From Lepidodermella squamata (lineage: Eukaryota > Animalia > Gastrotricha): a stretch of DNA of 64,000 nucleotides. The DNA lies in the NCBI GenBank assembly GCA_047495785.1, contig JBLDXI010000004.1, positions 2,108,001 to 2,172,000 on the forward strand, given 5' to 3'. A model generated the notes under the pieces. It had not been told where the DNA came from. It saw only the letters and a list, made by a program, of their open reading frames with translations, and did not search any database. Made by a program: the position numbers and the translations under genes. Shown here piece by piece: positions 9,301 to 24,300 of this stretch (position 1 is its first letter; the number at the start of each line of letters is the position of its first letter).

Positions 9301-12300
9301 TATGCGTGATTTGCCTGGGTACAGCACGATTCCGCATAGCTGCGATGCGTACAAGGGTTGAAAACAGCGTTCCAGCCTGTTTTGGCTGGCAGCGAAATAT
9401 CGGTCATCCGAAATGTGTGCGAATCGCCTGCAAACGTGTTTGCCCGTGTTGCCACTATCAAATGAAGCAAGAATATGCGTGATTTGATTGGGTTCAGCGC
9501 GATTCCGATTAGCTGCGATGCGTACAAGGGTTGAAAACAGCGTTCCAGCCTGTTTTGGCTGGCAGCGAAATATCGGTCATCCGAAATGTGTGCGAATCGC
9601 CTGCAAACGTGTTTGCCCGTGTTGCCACTATCAAATGAAGCAAGAATATGCGTGATTTGCCTGGGTACAGCACGATTCCGCATAGCTGCGATGCGTACAA
9701 GGGTTGAAAACAGCGTTCCCGCCTGTTTTGGCTGGCAGCGAAATATCGGTCATCCGAAATGTTAGCGAATCGCCTGCAAACGTGTTTGCCCGTGTTGCCA
9801 CTATCAAATGAAGCAAGAATATGCGTGATTTGCCTGGGTACAGCACGATTCCGCATAGCTGCGATGCGTACAAGGGTTGAAAACAGCGTTCCCGCCTGTT
9901 TTGGCTGGCAGCGAAATATCGGTCATCCGAAATGTTAGCGAATCGCCCGCAAACGTGTTTGCCCGTGTTGCCACTATCAAATGAAGCAAGAAAATGCGTG
10001 ATTTGCCTGGGTACAGCACGATTCCGCATAGCTGCGATGCGTACAAGGGTTGAAAACAGCTTTCCAGCCTGTTTTGGCTGGCAGCGAAATATCGGTCATC
10101 CGAAATGTGTGCGAATCGCCTGCAAACGTGTTTGCCCGTGTTGCCACTATCAAATGAAGCAAGAATATGCGTGATTTGATTGGGTTCAGCGCGATTCCGA
10201 TTAGCTGCGATGCGTACAAGGGTTGAAAACAGCGTTCCAGCCTGTTTTGGCTGGCAGCGAAATATCGGTCATCCGAAATGTGTGCGAATCGCCTGCAAAC
10301 GTGTTTGCCCGTGTTGCCACTATCAAATGAAGCAAGAATATGCGTGATTTGCCTGGGTACAGCACGATTCCGCATAGCTGCGATGCGTACAAGGGTTGAA
10401 AACAGCGTTCCAGCCTGTTTTGGCTGGCAGCGAAATATCGGTCATCCGAAATGTGTGCGAATCGCCTGCAAACGTGTTTGCCCGTGTTGCCACTATCAAA
10501 TGAAGCAAGAATATGCGTGATTTGATTGGGTTCAGCGCGATTCCGATTAGCTGCGATGCGTACAAGGGTTGAAAACAGCGTTCCAGCCTGTTTTGGCTGG
10601 CAGCGAAATATCGGTCATCCGAAATGTGTGCGAATCGCCTGCAAACGTGTTTGCCCGTGTTGCCACTATCAAATGAAGCAAGAATATGCGTGATTTGCCT
10701 GGGTACAGCACGATTCCGCATAGCTGCGATGCGTACAAGGGTTGAAAACAGCGTTCCCGCCTGTTTTGGCTGGCAGCGAAATATCGGTCATCCGAAATGT
10801 TAGCGAATCGCCTGCAAACGTGTTTGCCCGTGTTGCCACTATCAAATGAAGCAAGAATATGCGTGATTTGCCTGGGTACAGCACGATTCCGCATAGCTGC
10901 GATGCGTACAAGGGTTGAAAACAGCGTTCCCGCCTGTTTTGGCTGGCAGCGAAATATCGGTCATCCGAAATGTTAGCGAATCGCCCGCAAACGTGTTTGC
11001 CCGTGTTGCCACTATCAAATGAAGCAAGAAAATGCGTGATTTGCCTGGGTACAGCACGATTCCGCATAGCTGCGATGCGTACAAGGGTTGAAAACAGCTT
11101 TCCAGCCTGTTTTGGCTGGCAGCGAAATATCGGTCATCCGAAATGTGTGCGAATCGCCTGCAAACGTGTTTGCCCGTGTTGCCACTATCAAATGAAGCAA
11201 GAATATGCGTGATTTGATTGGGTTCAGCGCGATTCCGATTAGCTGCGATGCGTACAAGGGTTGAAAACAGCGTTCCAGCCTGTTTTGGCTGGCAGCGAAA
11301 TATCGGTCATCCGAAATGTTAGCGAATCGCCTGCAAACGTGTTTGCCCGTGTTGCCACTATCAAATGAAGCAAGAATATGCGTGATTTGCCTGGGTACAG
11401 CACGATTCCGCATAGCTGCGATGCGTACAAGGGTTGAAAACAGCTTTCCAGCCTGTTTTGGCTGGCAGCGAAATATCGGTCATCCGAAATGTGTGCGAAT
11501 CGCCTGCAAACGTGTTTGCCCGTGTTGCCACTATCAAATGAAGCAAGAATATGCGTGATTTGATTGGGTTCAGCGCGATTCCGATTAGCTGCGATGCGTA
11601 CAAGGGTTGAAAACAGCGTTCCAGCCTGTTTTGGCTGGCAGCGAAATATCGGTCATCCGAAATGTTAGCGAATCGCCTGCAAACGTGTTTGCCCGTGTTG
11701 CCACTATCAAATGAAGCAAGAATATGCGTGATTTGCCTGGGTACAGCACGATTCCGCATAGCTGCGATGCGTACAAGGGTTGAAAACAGCTTTCCAGCCT
11801 GTTTTGGCTGGCAGCGAAATATCGGTCATCCGAAATGTGTGCGAATCGCCTGCAAACGTGTTTGCCCGTGTTGCCACTATCAAATGAAGCAAGAATATGC
11901 GTGATTTGCCTGGGTACAGCACGATTCCGCATAGCTGCGATGCGTACAAGGGTTGAAAACAGCGTTCCCGCCTGTTTTGGCTGGCAGCGAAATATCGGTC
12001 ATCCGAAATGTTAGCGAATCGCCCGCAAACGTGTTTGCCCGTGTTGCCACTATCAAATGAAGCAAGAAAATGCGTGATTTGCCTGGGTACAGCACGATTC
12101 CGCATAGCTGCGATGCGTACAAGGGTTGAAAACAGCTTTCCAGCCTGTTTTGGCTGGCAGCGAAATATCGGTCATCCGAAATGTGTGCGAATCGCCTGCA
12201 AACGTGTTTGCCCGTGTTGCCACTATCAAATGAAGCAAGAATATGCGTGATTTGATTGGGTTCAGCGCGATTCCGATTAGCTGCGATGCGTACAAGGGTT

Positions 12301-15300
12301 GAAAACAGCGTTCCCGCCTGTTTTGGCTGGCAGCGAAATATCGGTCATCCGAAATGTGTGCGAATCGCCTGCAAACGTGTTTGCCCGTGTTGCCACTATC
12401 AAATGAAGCAAGAATATGCGTGATTTGCCTGGGTACAGCACGATTCCGCATAGCTGCGATGCGTACAAGGGTTGAAAACAGCGTTCCAGCCTGTTTTGGC
12501 TGGCAGCGAAATATCGGTCATCCGAAATGTGTGCGAATCGCCTGCAAACGTGTTTGCCCGTGTTGCCACTATCAAATGAAGCAAGAATATGCGTGATTTG
12601 ATTGGGTTCAGCGCGATTCCGATTAGCTGCGATGCGTACAAGGGTTGAAAACAGCGTTCCAGCCTGTTTTGGCTGGCAGCGAAATATCGGTCATCCGAAA
12701 TGTGTGCGAATCGCCTGCAAACGTGTTTGCCCGTGTTGCCACTATCAAATGAAGCAAGAATATGCGTGATTTGCCTGGGTACAGCACGATTCCGCATAGC
12801 TGCGATGCGTACAAGGGTTGAAAACAGCGTTCCCGCCTGTTTTGGCTGGCAGCGAAATATCGGTCATCCGAAATGTTAGCGAATCGCCTGCAAACGTGTT
12901 TGCCCGTGTTGCCACTATCAAATGAAGCAAGAATATGCGTGATTTGCCTGGGTACAGCACGATTCCGCATAGCTGCGATGCGTACAAGGGTTGAAAACAG
13001 CGTTCCCGCCTGTTTTGGCTGGCAGCGAAATATCGGTCATCCGAAATGTTAGCGAATCGCCCGCAAACGTGTTTGCCCGTGTTGCCACTATCAAATGAAG
13101 CAAGAAAATGCGTGATTTGCCTGGGTACAGCACGATTCCGCATAGCTGCGATGCGTACAAGGGTTGAAAACAGCTTTCCAGCCTGTTTTGGCTGGCAGCG
13201 AAATATCGGTCATCCGAAATGTGTGCGAATCGCCTGCAAACGTGTTTGCCCGTGTTGCCACTATCAAATGAAGCAAGAATATGCGTGATTTGATTGGGTT
13301 CAGCGCGATTCCGATTAGCTGCGATGCGTACAAGGGTTGAAAACAGCGTTCCAGCCTGTTTTGGCTGGCAGCGAAATATCGGTCATCCGAAATGTTAGCG
13401 AATCGCCTGCAAACGTGTTTGCCCGTGTTGCCACTATCAAATGAAGCAAGAATATGCGTGATTTGCCTGGGTACAGCACGATTCCGCATAGCTGCGATGC
13501 GTACAAGGGTTGAAAACAGCTTTCCAGCCTGTTTTGGCTGGCAGCGAAATATCGGTCATCCGAAATGTGTGCGAATCGCCTGCAAACGTGTTTGCCCGTG
13601 TTGCCACTATCAAATGAAGCAAGAATATGCGTGATTTGATTGGGTTCAGCGCGATTCCGATTAGCTGCGATGCGTACAAGGGTTGAAAACAGCGTTCCAG
13701 CCTGTTTTGGCTGGCAGCGAAATATCGGTCATCCGAAATGTTAGCGAATCGCCTGCAAACGTGTTTGCCCGTGTTGCCACTATCAAATGAAGCAAGAATA
13801 TGCGTGATTTGCCTGGGTACAGCACGATTCCGCATAGCTGCGATGCGTACAAGGGTTGAAAACAGCTTTCCAGCCTGTTTTGGCTGGCAGCGAAATATCG
13901 GTCATCCGAAATGTGTGCGAATCGCCTGCAAACGTGTTTGCCCGTGTTGCCACTATCAAATGAAGCAAGAATATGCGTGATTTGCCTGGGTACAGCACGA
14001 TTCCGCATAGCTGCGATGCGTACAAGGGTTGAAAACAGCGTTCCCGCCTGTTTTGGCTGGCAGCGAAATATCGGTCATCCGAAATGTTAGCGAATCGCCC
14101 GCAAACGTGTTTGCCCGTGTTGCCACTATCAAATGAAGCAAGAATATGCGTGATTTGCCTGGGTACAGCACGATTCCGCATAGCTGCGATGCGTACAAGG
14201 GTTGAAAACAGCGTTCCCGCCTGTTTTGGCTGGCAGCGAAATATCGGTCATCCGAAATGTGTGCGAATCGCCTGCAAACGTGTTTGCCCGTGTTGCCACT
14301 ATCAAATGAAGCAAGAAAATGCGTGATTTGCCTGGGTACAGCACGATTCCGCATAGCTGCGATGCGTACAAGGGTTGAAAACAGCTTTCCAGCCTGTTTT
14401 GGCTGGCAGCGAAATATCGGTCATCCGAAATGTGTGCGAATCGCCTGCAAACGTGTTTGCCCGTGTTGCCACTATCAAATGAAGCAAGAATATGCGTGAT
14501 TTGCCTGGGTACAGCACGATTCCGCATAGCTCCGATGCGTACAAGGGTTGAAAACAGCGTTCCCGCCTGTTTTGGCTGGCAGCGAAATATCGGTCATCCG
14601 AAATGTGTGCGAATCGCCTGCAAACGTGTTTGCCCGTGTTGCCACTATCAAATGAAGCAAGAATATGCGTGATTTGCCTGGGTACAGCACGATTCCGCAT
14701 AGCTGCGATGCGTACAAGGGTTGAAAACAGCGTTCCAGCCTGTTTTGGCTGGCAGCGAAATATCGGTCATCCGAAATGTGTGCGAATCGCCTGCAAACGT
14801 GTTTGCCCGTGTTGCCACTATCAAATGAAGCAAGAATATGCGTGATTTGATTGGGTTCAGCGCGATTCCGATTAGCTGCGATGCGTACAAGGGTTGAAAA
14901 CAGCGTTCCAGCCTGTTTTGGCTGGCAGCGAAATATCGGTCATCCGAAATGTGTGCGAATCGCCTGCAAACGTGTTTGCCCGTGTTGCCACTATCAAATG
15001 AAGCAAGAATATGCGTGATTTGCCTGGGTACAGCACGATTCCGCATAGCTGCGATGCGTACAAGGGTTGAAAACAGCGTTCCAGCCTGTTTTGGCTGGCA
15101 GCGAAATATCGGTCATCCGAAATGTTAGCGAATCGCCTGCAAACGTGTTTGCCCGTGTTGCCACTATCAAATGAAGCAAGAATATGCGTGATTTGCCTGG
15201 GTACAGCACGATTCCGCATAGCTGCGATGCGTACAAGGGTTGAAAACAGCGTTCCCGCCTGTTTTGGCTGGCAGCGAAATATCGGTCATCCGAAATGTGT

Positions 15301-18300
15301 GCGAATCGCCTGCAAACGTGTTTGCCCGTGTTGCCACTATCAAATGAAGCAAGAAAATGCGTGATTTGCCTGGGTACAGCACGATTCCGCATAGCTGCGA
15401 TGCGTACAAGGGTTGAAAACAGCTTTCCAGCCTGTTTTGGCTGGCAGCGAAATATCGGTCATCCGAAATGTTAGCGAATCGCCCGCAAACGTGTTTGCCC
15501 GTGTTGCCACTATCAAATGAAGCAAGAATATGCGTGATTTGATTGGGTTCAGCGCGATTCCGATTAGCTGCGATGCGTACAAGGGTTGAAAACAGCGTTC
15601 CCGCCTGTTTTGGCTGGCAGCGAAATATCGGTCATCCGAAATGTGTGCGAATCGCCTGCAAACGTGTTTGCCCGTGTTGCCACTATCAAATGAAGCAAGA
15701 ATATGCGTGATTTGCCTGGGTACAGCACGATTCCGCATAGCTGCGATGCGTACAAGGGTTGAAAACAGCGTTCCAGCCTGTTTTGGCTGGCAGCGAAATA
15801 TCGGTCATCCGAAATGTGTGCGAATCGCCTGCAAACGTGTTTGCCCGTGTTGCCACTATCAAATGAAGCAAGAATATGCGTGATTTGATTGGGTTCAGCG
15901 CGATTCCGATTAGCTGCGATGCGTACAAGGGTTGAAAACAGCGTTCCAGCCTGTTTTGGCTGGCAGCGAAATATCGGTCATCCGAAATGTGTGCGAATCG
16001 CCTGCAAACGTGTTTGCCCGTGTTGCCACTATCAAATGAAGCAAGAATATGCGTGATTTGCCTGGGTACAGCACGATTCCGCATAGCTGCGATGCGTACA
16101 AGGGTTGAAAACAGCGTTCCAGCCTGTTTTGGCTGGCAGCGAAATATCGGTCATCCGAAATGTTAGCGAATCGCCTGCAAACGTGTTTGCCCGTGTTGCC
16201 ACTATCAAATGAAGCAAGAATATGCGTGATTTGATTGGGTTCAGCGCGATTCCGATTAGCTGCGATGCGTACAAGGGTTGAAAACAGCGTTCCAGCCTGT
16301 TTTGGCTGGCAGCGAAATATCGGTCATCCGAAATGTGTGCGAATCGCCTGCAAACGTGTTTGCCCGTGTTGCCACTATCAAATGAAGCAAGAATATGCGT
16401 GATTTGCCTGGGTACAGCACGATTCCGCATAGCTGCGATGCGTACAAGGGTTGAAAACAGCGTTCCCGCCTGTTTTGGCTGGCAGCGAAATATCGGTCAT
16501 CCGAAATGTTAGCGAATCGCCCGCAAACGTGTTTGCCCGTGTTGCCACTATCAAATGAAGCAAGAATATGCGTGATTTGCCTGGGTACAGCACGATTCCG
16601 CATAGCTGCGATGCGTACAAGGGTTGAAAACAGCGTTCCCGCCTGTTTTGGCTGGCAGCGAAATATCGGTCATCCGAAATGTTAGCGAATCGCCCGCAAA
16701 CGTGTTTGCCCGTGTTGCCACTATCAAATGAAGCAAGAATATGCGTGATTTGATTGGGTTCAGCGCGATTCCGATTAGCTGCGATGCGTACAAGGGTTGA
16801 AAACAGCGTTCCAGCCTGTTTTGGCTGGCAGCGAAATATCCGAAATATCCGAAATGTTAGCGAATCGCCCGCAAACGTGTTTGCCCGTGTTGCCACTATC
16901 AAATGAAGCAAGAATATGCGTGATTGGCCTGGGTACAGCACGATTCCGCATAGCTGCGATGCGTACAAGGGTTGAAAACAGCGTTCCCGCCTGTTTTGGC
17001 TGGCAGCGAAATATCGGTCATCCGAAATGTGTGCGAATCGCCTGCAAACGTGTTTGCCCGTGTTGCCACTATCAAATGAAGCAAGAATATGCGTGATTTG
17101 CCTGGGTACAGCACGATTCCGCATAGCTGCGATGCGTACAAGGGTTGAAAACAGCGTTCCCGCCTGTTTTGGCTGGCAGCGAAATATCGGTCATCCGAAA
17201 TGTGTGCGAATCGCCCGCAAACGTGTTTGCCCGTGTTGCCACTATCAAATGAAGCAGGAATATGCGTGATTTGCCTGGGTACAGCACGATTCCGCATAGC
17301 TGCGATGCGTACAAGGGTTGAAAACAGCGTTCCAGCCTGTTTTGGCTGGCAGCGAAATATCGGTCATCCGAAATGTGTGCGAATCGCCTGCAAACGTGTT
17401 TGCCCGTGTTGCCACATTCAAATGAAGCGAGAATATGCGTGATTTGCCTGGGTACAACACGATTCCGCATAGCTGCGATGCGTACAAGGGTTGAAAACAG
17501 CTTTCCAGCCTGTTTTGGCTGGCAGCGAAATATCGGTCATCCGAAATGTTAGCGAATCGCCCGCAAACGTGTTTGCCCGTGTTGCCACTATCAAATGAAG
17601 CAAGAATATGCGTGATTTGATTGGGTTCAGCGCGATTCCGATTAGCTGCGATGCGTACAAGGGTTGAAAACAGCGTTCCAGCCTGTTTTGGCTGGCAGCG
17701 AAATATCGGTCATCCGAAATGTGTGCGAATCGCCTGCAAACGTGTTTGCCCGTGTTGCCACTATCAAATGAAGCAAGAATATGCGTGATTTGATTGGGTT
17801 CAGCGCGATTCCGATTAGCTGCGATGCGTACAAGGGTTGAAAACAGCGTTCCAGCCTGTTTTGGCTGGCAGCGAAATATCCGAAATATCCGAAATGTTAG
17901 CGAATCGCCCGCAAACGTGTTTGCCCGTGTTGCCACTATCAAATGAAGCAAGAATATGCGTGATTGGCCTGGGTACAGCACGATTCCGCATAGCTGCGAT
18001 GCGTACAAGGGTTGAAAACAGCGTTCCCGCCTGTTTTGGCTGGCAGCGAAATATCGGTCATCCGAAATGTGTGCGAATCGCCTGCAAACGTGTTTGCCCG
18101 TGTTGCCACTATCAAATGAAGCAAGAATATGCGTGATTTGCCTGGGTACAGCACGATTCCGCATAGCTGCGATGCGTACAAGGGTTGAAAACAGCGTTCC
18201 CGCCTGTTTTGGCTGGCAGCGAAATATCGGTCATCCGAAATGTGTGCGAATCGCCTGCAAACGTGTTTGCCCGTGTTGCCACTATCAAATGAAGCAGGAA

Positions 18301-21300
18301 TATGCGTGATTTGCCTGGGTACAACACGATTCCGCATAGCTGCGATGCGTACAAGGGTTGAAAACAGCGTTCCCGCCTGTTTTGGCTGGCAGCGAAATAT
18401 CGGTCATCCGAAATGTTAGCGAATCGCCCGCAAACGTGTTTGCCCGTGTTGCCACTATCAAATGAAGCAAGAATATGCGTGATTTGATTGGGTTCAGCGC
18501 GATTCCGATTAGCTGCGATGCGTACAAGGGTTGAAAACAGCGTTCCAGCCTGTTTTGGCTGGCAGCGAAATATCGGTCATCCGAAATGTGTGCGAATCGC
18601 CTGCAAACGTGTTTGCCCGTGTTGCCACTATCAAATGAAGCAAGAATATGCGTGATTTGCCTGGGTACAGCACGATTCCGCATAGCTGCGATGCGTACAA
18701 GGGTTGAAAACAGCGTTCCCGCCTGTTTTGGCTGGCAGCGAAATATCGGTCATCCGAAATGTTAGCGAATCGCCCGCAAACGTGTTTGCCCGTGTTGCCA
18801 CTATCAAATGAAGCAAGAATATGCGTGATTTGCCTGGGTACAGCACGATTCCGCATAGCTGCGATGCGTACAAGGGTTGAAAACAGCGTTCCCGCCTGTT
18901 TTGGCTGGCAGCGAAATATCGGTCATCCGAAATGTTAGCGAATCGCCCGCAAACGTGTTTGCCCGTGTTGCCACTATCAAATGAAGCAAGAATATGCGTG
19001 ATTTGCCTGGGTACAGCACGATTCCGCATAGCTGCGATGCGTACAAGGGTTGAAAACAGCGTTCCCGCCTGTTTTGGCTGGCAGCGAAATATCGGTCATC
19101 CGAAATGTGTGCGAATCGCCTGCAAACGTGTTTGCCCGTGTTGCCACTATCAAATGAAGCAAGAAAATGCGTGATTTGCCTGGGTACAGCACGATTCCGC
19201 ATAGCTGCGATGCGTACAAGGGTTGAAAACAGCTTTCCAGCCTGTTTTGGCTGGCAGCGAAATATCGGTCATCCGAAATGTTAGCGAATCGCCCGCAAAC
19301 GTGTTTGCCCGTGTTGCCACTATCAAATGAAGCAAGAATATGCGTGATTTGATTGGGTTCAGCGCGATTCCGATTAGCTGCGATGCGTACAAGGGTTGAA
19401 AACAGCGTTCCAGCCTGTTTTGGCTGGCAGCGAAATATCCGAAATATCCGAAATGTTAGCGAATCGCCCGCAAACGTGTTTGCCCGTGTTGCCACTATCA
19501 AATGAAGCAAGAATATGCGTGATTGGCCTGGGTACAGCACGATTCCGCATAGCTGCGATGCGTACAAGGGTTGAAAACAGCGTTCCCGCCTGTTTTGGCT
19601 GGCAGCGAAATATCGGTCATCCGAAATGTGTGCGAATCGCCTGCAAACGTGTTTGCCCGTGTTGCCACTATCAAATGAAGCAAGAATATGCGTGATTTGC
19701 CTGGGTACAGCACGATTCCGCATAGCTGCGATGCGTACAAGGGTTGAAAACAGCGTTCCCGCCTGTTTTGGCTGGCAGCGAAATATCGGTCATCCGAAAT
19801 GTGTGCGAATCGCCTGCAAACGTGTTTGCCCGTGTTGCCACTATCAAATGAAGCAGGAATATGCGTGATTTGCCTGGGTACAACACGATTCCGCATAGCT
19901 GCGATGCGTACAAGGGTTGAAAACAGCGTTCCCGCCTGTTTTGGCTGGCAGCGAAATATCGGTCATCCGAAATGTTAGCGAATCGCCCGCAAACGTGTTT
20001 GCCCGTGTTGCCACTATCAAATGAAGCAAGAAAATGCGTGATTTGCCTGGGTACAGCACGATTCCGCATAGCTGCGATGCGTACAAGGGTTGAAAACAGC
20101 TTTCCAGCCTGTTTTGGCTGGCAGCGAAATATCGGTCATCCGAAATGTGTGCGAATCGCCTGCAAACGTGTTTGCCCGTGTTGCCACTATCAAATGAAGC
20201 AAGAATATGCGTGATTTGATTGGGTTCAGCGCGATTCCGATTAGCTGCGATGCGTACAAGGGTTGAAAACAGCGTTCCAGCCTGTTTTGGCTGGCAGCGA
20301 AATATCGGTCATCCGAAATGTTAGCGAATCGCCCGCAAACGTGTTTGCCCGTGTTGCCACTATCATATGAAGCAAGAATATGCGTGATTTGATTGGGTTC
20401 AGCGCGATTCCGCATAGCTGCGATGCGTACAAGGGTTGAAAACAGCGTTCCCGCCTGTTTTGGCTGGCAGCGAAATATCGGTCATCCGAAATGTGTGCGA
20501 ATCGCCTGCAAACGTGTTTGCCCGTGTTGCCACTATCATATGAAGCAAGAATATGCGTGATTTGATTGGGTTCAGCGCGATTCCGCATAGCTGCGATGCG
20601 TACAAGGGTTGAAAACAGCGTTCCCGCCTGTTTTGGCTGGCAGCGAAATATCGGTCATCCGAAATGTTAGCGAATCGCCCGCAAACGTGTTTGCCCGTGT
20701 TGCCACTATCAAATGAAGCAAGAAAATGCGTGATTTGCCTGGGTACAGCACGATTCCGCATAGCTGCGATGCGTACAAGGGTTGAAAACAGCTTTCCAGC
20801 CTGTTTTGGCTGGCAGCGAAATATCGGTCATCCGAAATGTGTGCGAATCGCCTGCAAACGTGTTTGCCCGTGTTGCCACTATCAAATGAAGCAAGAATAT
20901 GCGTGATTTGATTGGGTTCAGCGCGATTCCGATTAGCTGCGATGCGTACAAGGGTTGAAAACAGCGTTCCAGCCTGTTTTGGCTGGCAGCGAAATATCGG
21001 TCATCCGAAATGTTAGCGAATCGCCTGCAAACGTGTTTGCCCGTGTTGCCACTATCAAATGAAGCAAGAATATGCGTGATTTGCCTGGGTACAGCACGAT
21101 TCCGCATAGCTGCGATGCGTACAAGGGTTGAAAACAGCGTTCCCGCCTGTTTTGGCTGGCAGCGAAATATCGGTCATCCGAAATGTTAGCGAATCGCCCG
21201 CAAACGTGTTTGCCCGTGTTGCCACTATCAAATGAAGCAAGAAAATGCGTGATTGGCCTGGGTACAGCACGATTCCGCATAGCTGCGATGCGTACAAGGG

Positions 21301-24300
21301 TTGAAAACAGCTTTCCAGCCTGTTTTGGCTGGCAGCGAAATATCGGTCATCCGAAATGTGTGCGAATCGCCTGCAAACGTGTTTGCCCGTGTTGCCACTA
21401 TCAAATGAACCAGGAATATGCGTGATTTGCCTGGGTACAACACGATTCCGCATAGCTGCGATGCGTACAAGGGTTGAAAACAGCTTTCCAGCCTGTTTTG
21501 GCTGGCAGCGAAATATCGGTCATCCGAAATGTGTGCGAATCGCCTGCAAACGTGTTTGCCCGTGTTGCCACATTCAAATGAAGCAAGAATATGCGTGATT
21601 TGCCTGGGTACAGCACGATTCCGCATAGCTGCGATGCGTACAAGGGTTGAAAACAGCTTTCCAGCCTGTTTTGGCTGGCAGCGAAATATCGGTCATCCGA
21701 AATGTGTGCGAATCGCCTGCAAACGTGTTTGCCCGTGTTGCCACATTCAAATGAAGCAAGAATATGCGTGATTTGCCTGGGTACAGCACGATTCCGATTA
21801 GCTGCGATGCGTACAAGGGTTGAAAACAGCGTTCCAGCCTGTTTTGGCTGGCAGCGAAATATCGGTCATCCGAAATGTGTGCGAATCGCCTGCAAACGTG
21901 TTTGCCCGTGTTGCCACATTCAAATGAAGCAAGAATATGCGTGATTTGCCTGGGTACAGCACGATTCCGCATAGCTGCGATGCGTACAAGGGTTGAAAAC
22001 AGCTTTCCAGCCTGTTTTGGCTGGCAGCGAAATATCGGTCATCCGAAATGTTAGCGAATCGCCTGCAAACGTGTTTGCCCGTGTTGCCACTATCAAATGA
22101 AGCAAGAAAATGCGTGATTTGCCTGGGTACAGCACGATTCCGCATAGCTGCGATGCGTACAAGGGTTGAAAACAGCTTTCCAGCCTGTTTTGGCTGGCAG
22201 CGAAATATCGGTCATCCGAAATAGTAGCGAATCGCCTGCAAACGTGTTTGCCCGTGTTGCCACTATCAAATGAAGCAAGAATATGCGTGATTTGCCTGGG
22301 TACAGCACGATTCCGCATAGCTGCGATGCGTACAAGGGTTGAAAACAGCGTTCCAGCCTGTTTTGGCTGGCAGCGAAATATCGGTCATCCGAAATGTGTG
22401 CGAATCGCCTGCAAACGTGTTTGCCCGTGTTGCCACTATCAAATGAAGCAAGAATATGCGTGATTGGCCTGGGTACAGCACGATTCCGCATAGCTGCGAT
22501 GCGTACAAGGGTTGAAAACAGCGTTCCCGCCTGTTTTGGCTGGCAGCGAAATATCGGTCATCCGAAATGTTAGCGAATCGCCTGCAAACGTGTTTGCCCG
22601 TGTTGCCACTATCAAATGAAGCAAGAATATGCGTGATTTGCCTGGGTACAGCACGATTCCGCATAGCTGCGATGCGTACAAGGGTTGAAAACAGCTTTCC
22701 AGCCTGTTTTGGCTGGCAGCGAAATATCGGTCATCCGAAATGTGTGCGAATCGCCTGCAAACGTGTTTGCCCGTGTTGCCACTATCAAATGAAGCAAGAA
22801 TATGCGTGATTTGCCTGGGTACAGCACGATTCCGCATAGCTGCGATGCGTACAAGGGTTGAAAACAGCGTTCCCGCCTGTTTTGGCTGGCAGCGAAATAT
22901 CGGTCATCCGAAATGTTAGCGAATCGCCTGCAAACGTGTTTGCCCGTGTTGCCACTATCAAATGAAGCAAGAATATGCGTGATTTGCCTGGGTACAGCAC
23001 GATTCCGCATAGCTGCGATGCGTACAAGGGTTGAAAACAGCTTTCCAGCCTGTTTTGGCTGGCAGCGAAATATCGGTCATCCGAAATGTGTGCGAATCGC
23101 CTGCAAACGTGTTTGCCCGTGTTGCCACATTCAAATGAAGCGAGAATATGCGTGATTTGCCTGGGTACAGCACGATTCCGCATAGCTGCGATGCGTAGAA
23201 GGGTTGAAAACAGCGTTCCAGCCTGTTTTGGCTGGCAGCGAAATATCGGTCATCCGAAATGTTAGCGAATCGCCTGCAAACGTGTTTGCCCGTGTTGCCA
23301 CTATCAAATGAAGCAAGAATATGCGTGATTTGCCTGGGTACAGCACGATTCCGCATAGCTGCGATGCGTACAAGGGTTGAAAACAGCGTTCCAGCCTGTT
23401 TTGGCTGGCAGCGAAATATCGGTCATCCGAAATGTTAGCGAATCGCCCGCAAACGTGTTTGCCCGTGTTGCCACTATCAAATGAAGCAAGAATATGCGTG
23501 ATTTGCCTGGGTACAGCACGATTCCGCATAGCTGCGATGCGTACAAGGGTTGAAAACAGCGTTCCCGCCTGTTTTGGCTGGCAGCGAAATATCGGTCATC
23601 CGAAATGTTAGCGAATCGCCTGCAAACGTGTTTGCCCGTGTTGCCACTATCAAATGAAGCAAGAATATGCGTGATTTGCCTGGGTACAGCACGATTCCGC
23701 ATAGCTGCGATGCGTACAAGGGTTGAAAACAGCGTTCCAGCCTGTTTTGGCTGGCAGCGAAATATCGGTCATCCGAAATGTGTGCGAATCGCCTGCAAAC
23801 GTGTTTGCCCGTGTTGCCACATTCAAATGAAGCGAGAATATGCGTGATTTGCCTGGGTACAGCACGATTCCGCATAGCTGCGATGCGTAGAAGGGTTGAA
23901 AACAGCGTTCCAGCCTGTTTTGGCTGGCAGCGAAATATCGGTCATCCGAAATGTGTGCGAATCGCCTGCAAACGTGTTTGCCCGTGTTGCCACTATCAAA
24001 TGAAGCAAAAATATGCGTGATTTGCCTGGGTACAGCACGATTCCGCATAGCTGCGATGCGTACAAGGGTTGAAAACAGCGTTCCCGCCTGTTTTGGCTGG
24101 CAGCGAAATATCGGTCATCCGAAATGTTAGCGAATCGCCTGCAAACGTGTTTGCCCGTGTTGCCACTATCAAATGAAGGAAGAAAATGCGTGATTTGCCT
24201 GGGTACAGCACGATTCCGCATAGCTGCGATGCGTACAAGGGTTGAAAACAGCTTTCCAGCCTGTTTTGGCTGGCAGCGAAATATCGGTCATCCGAAATGT

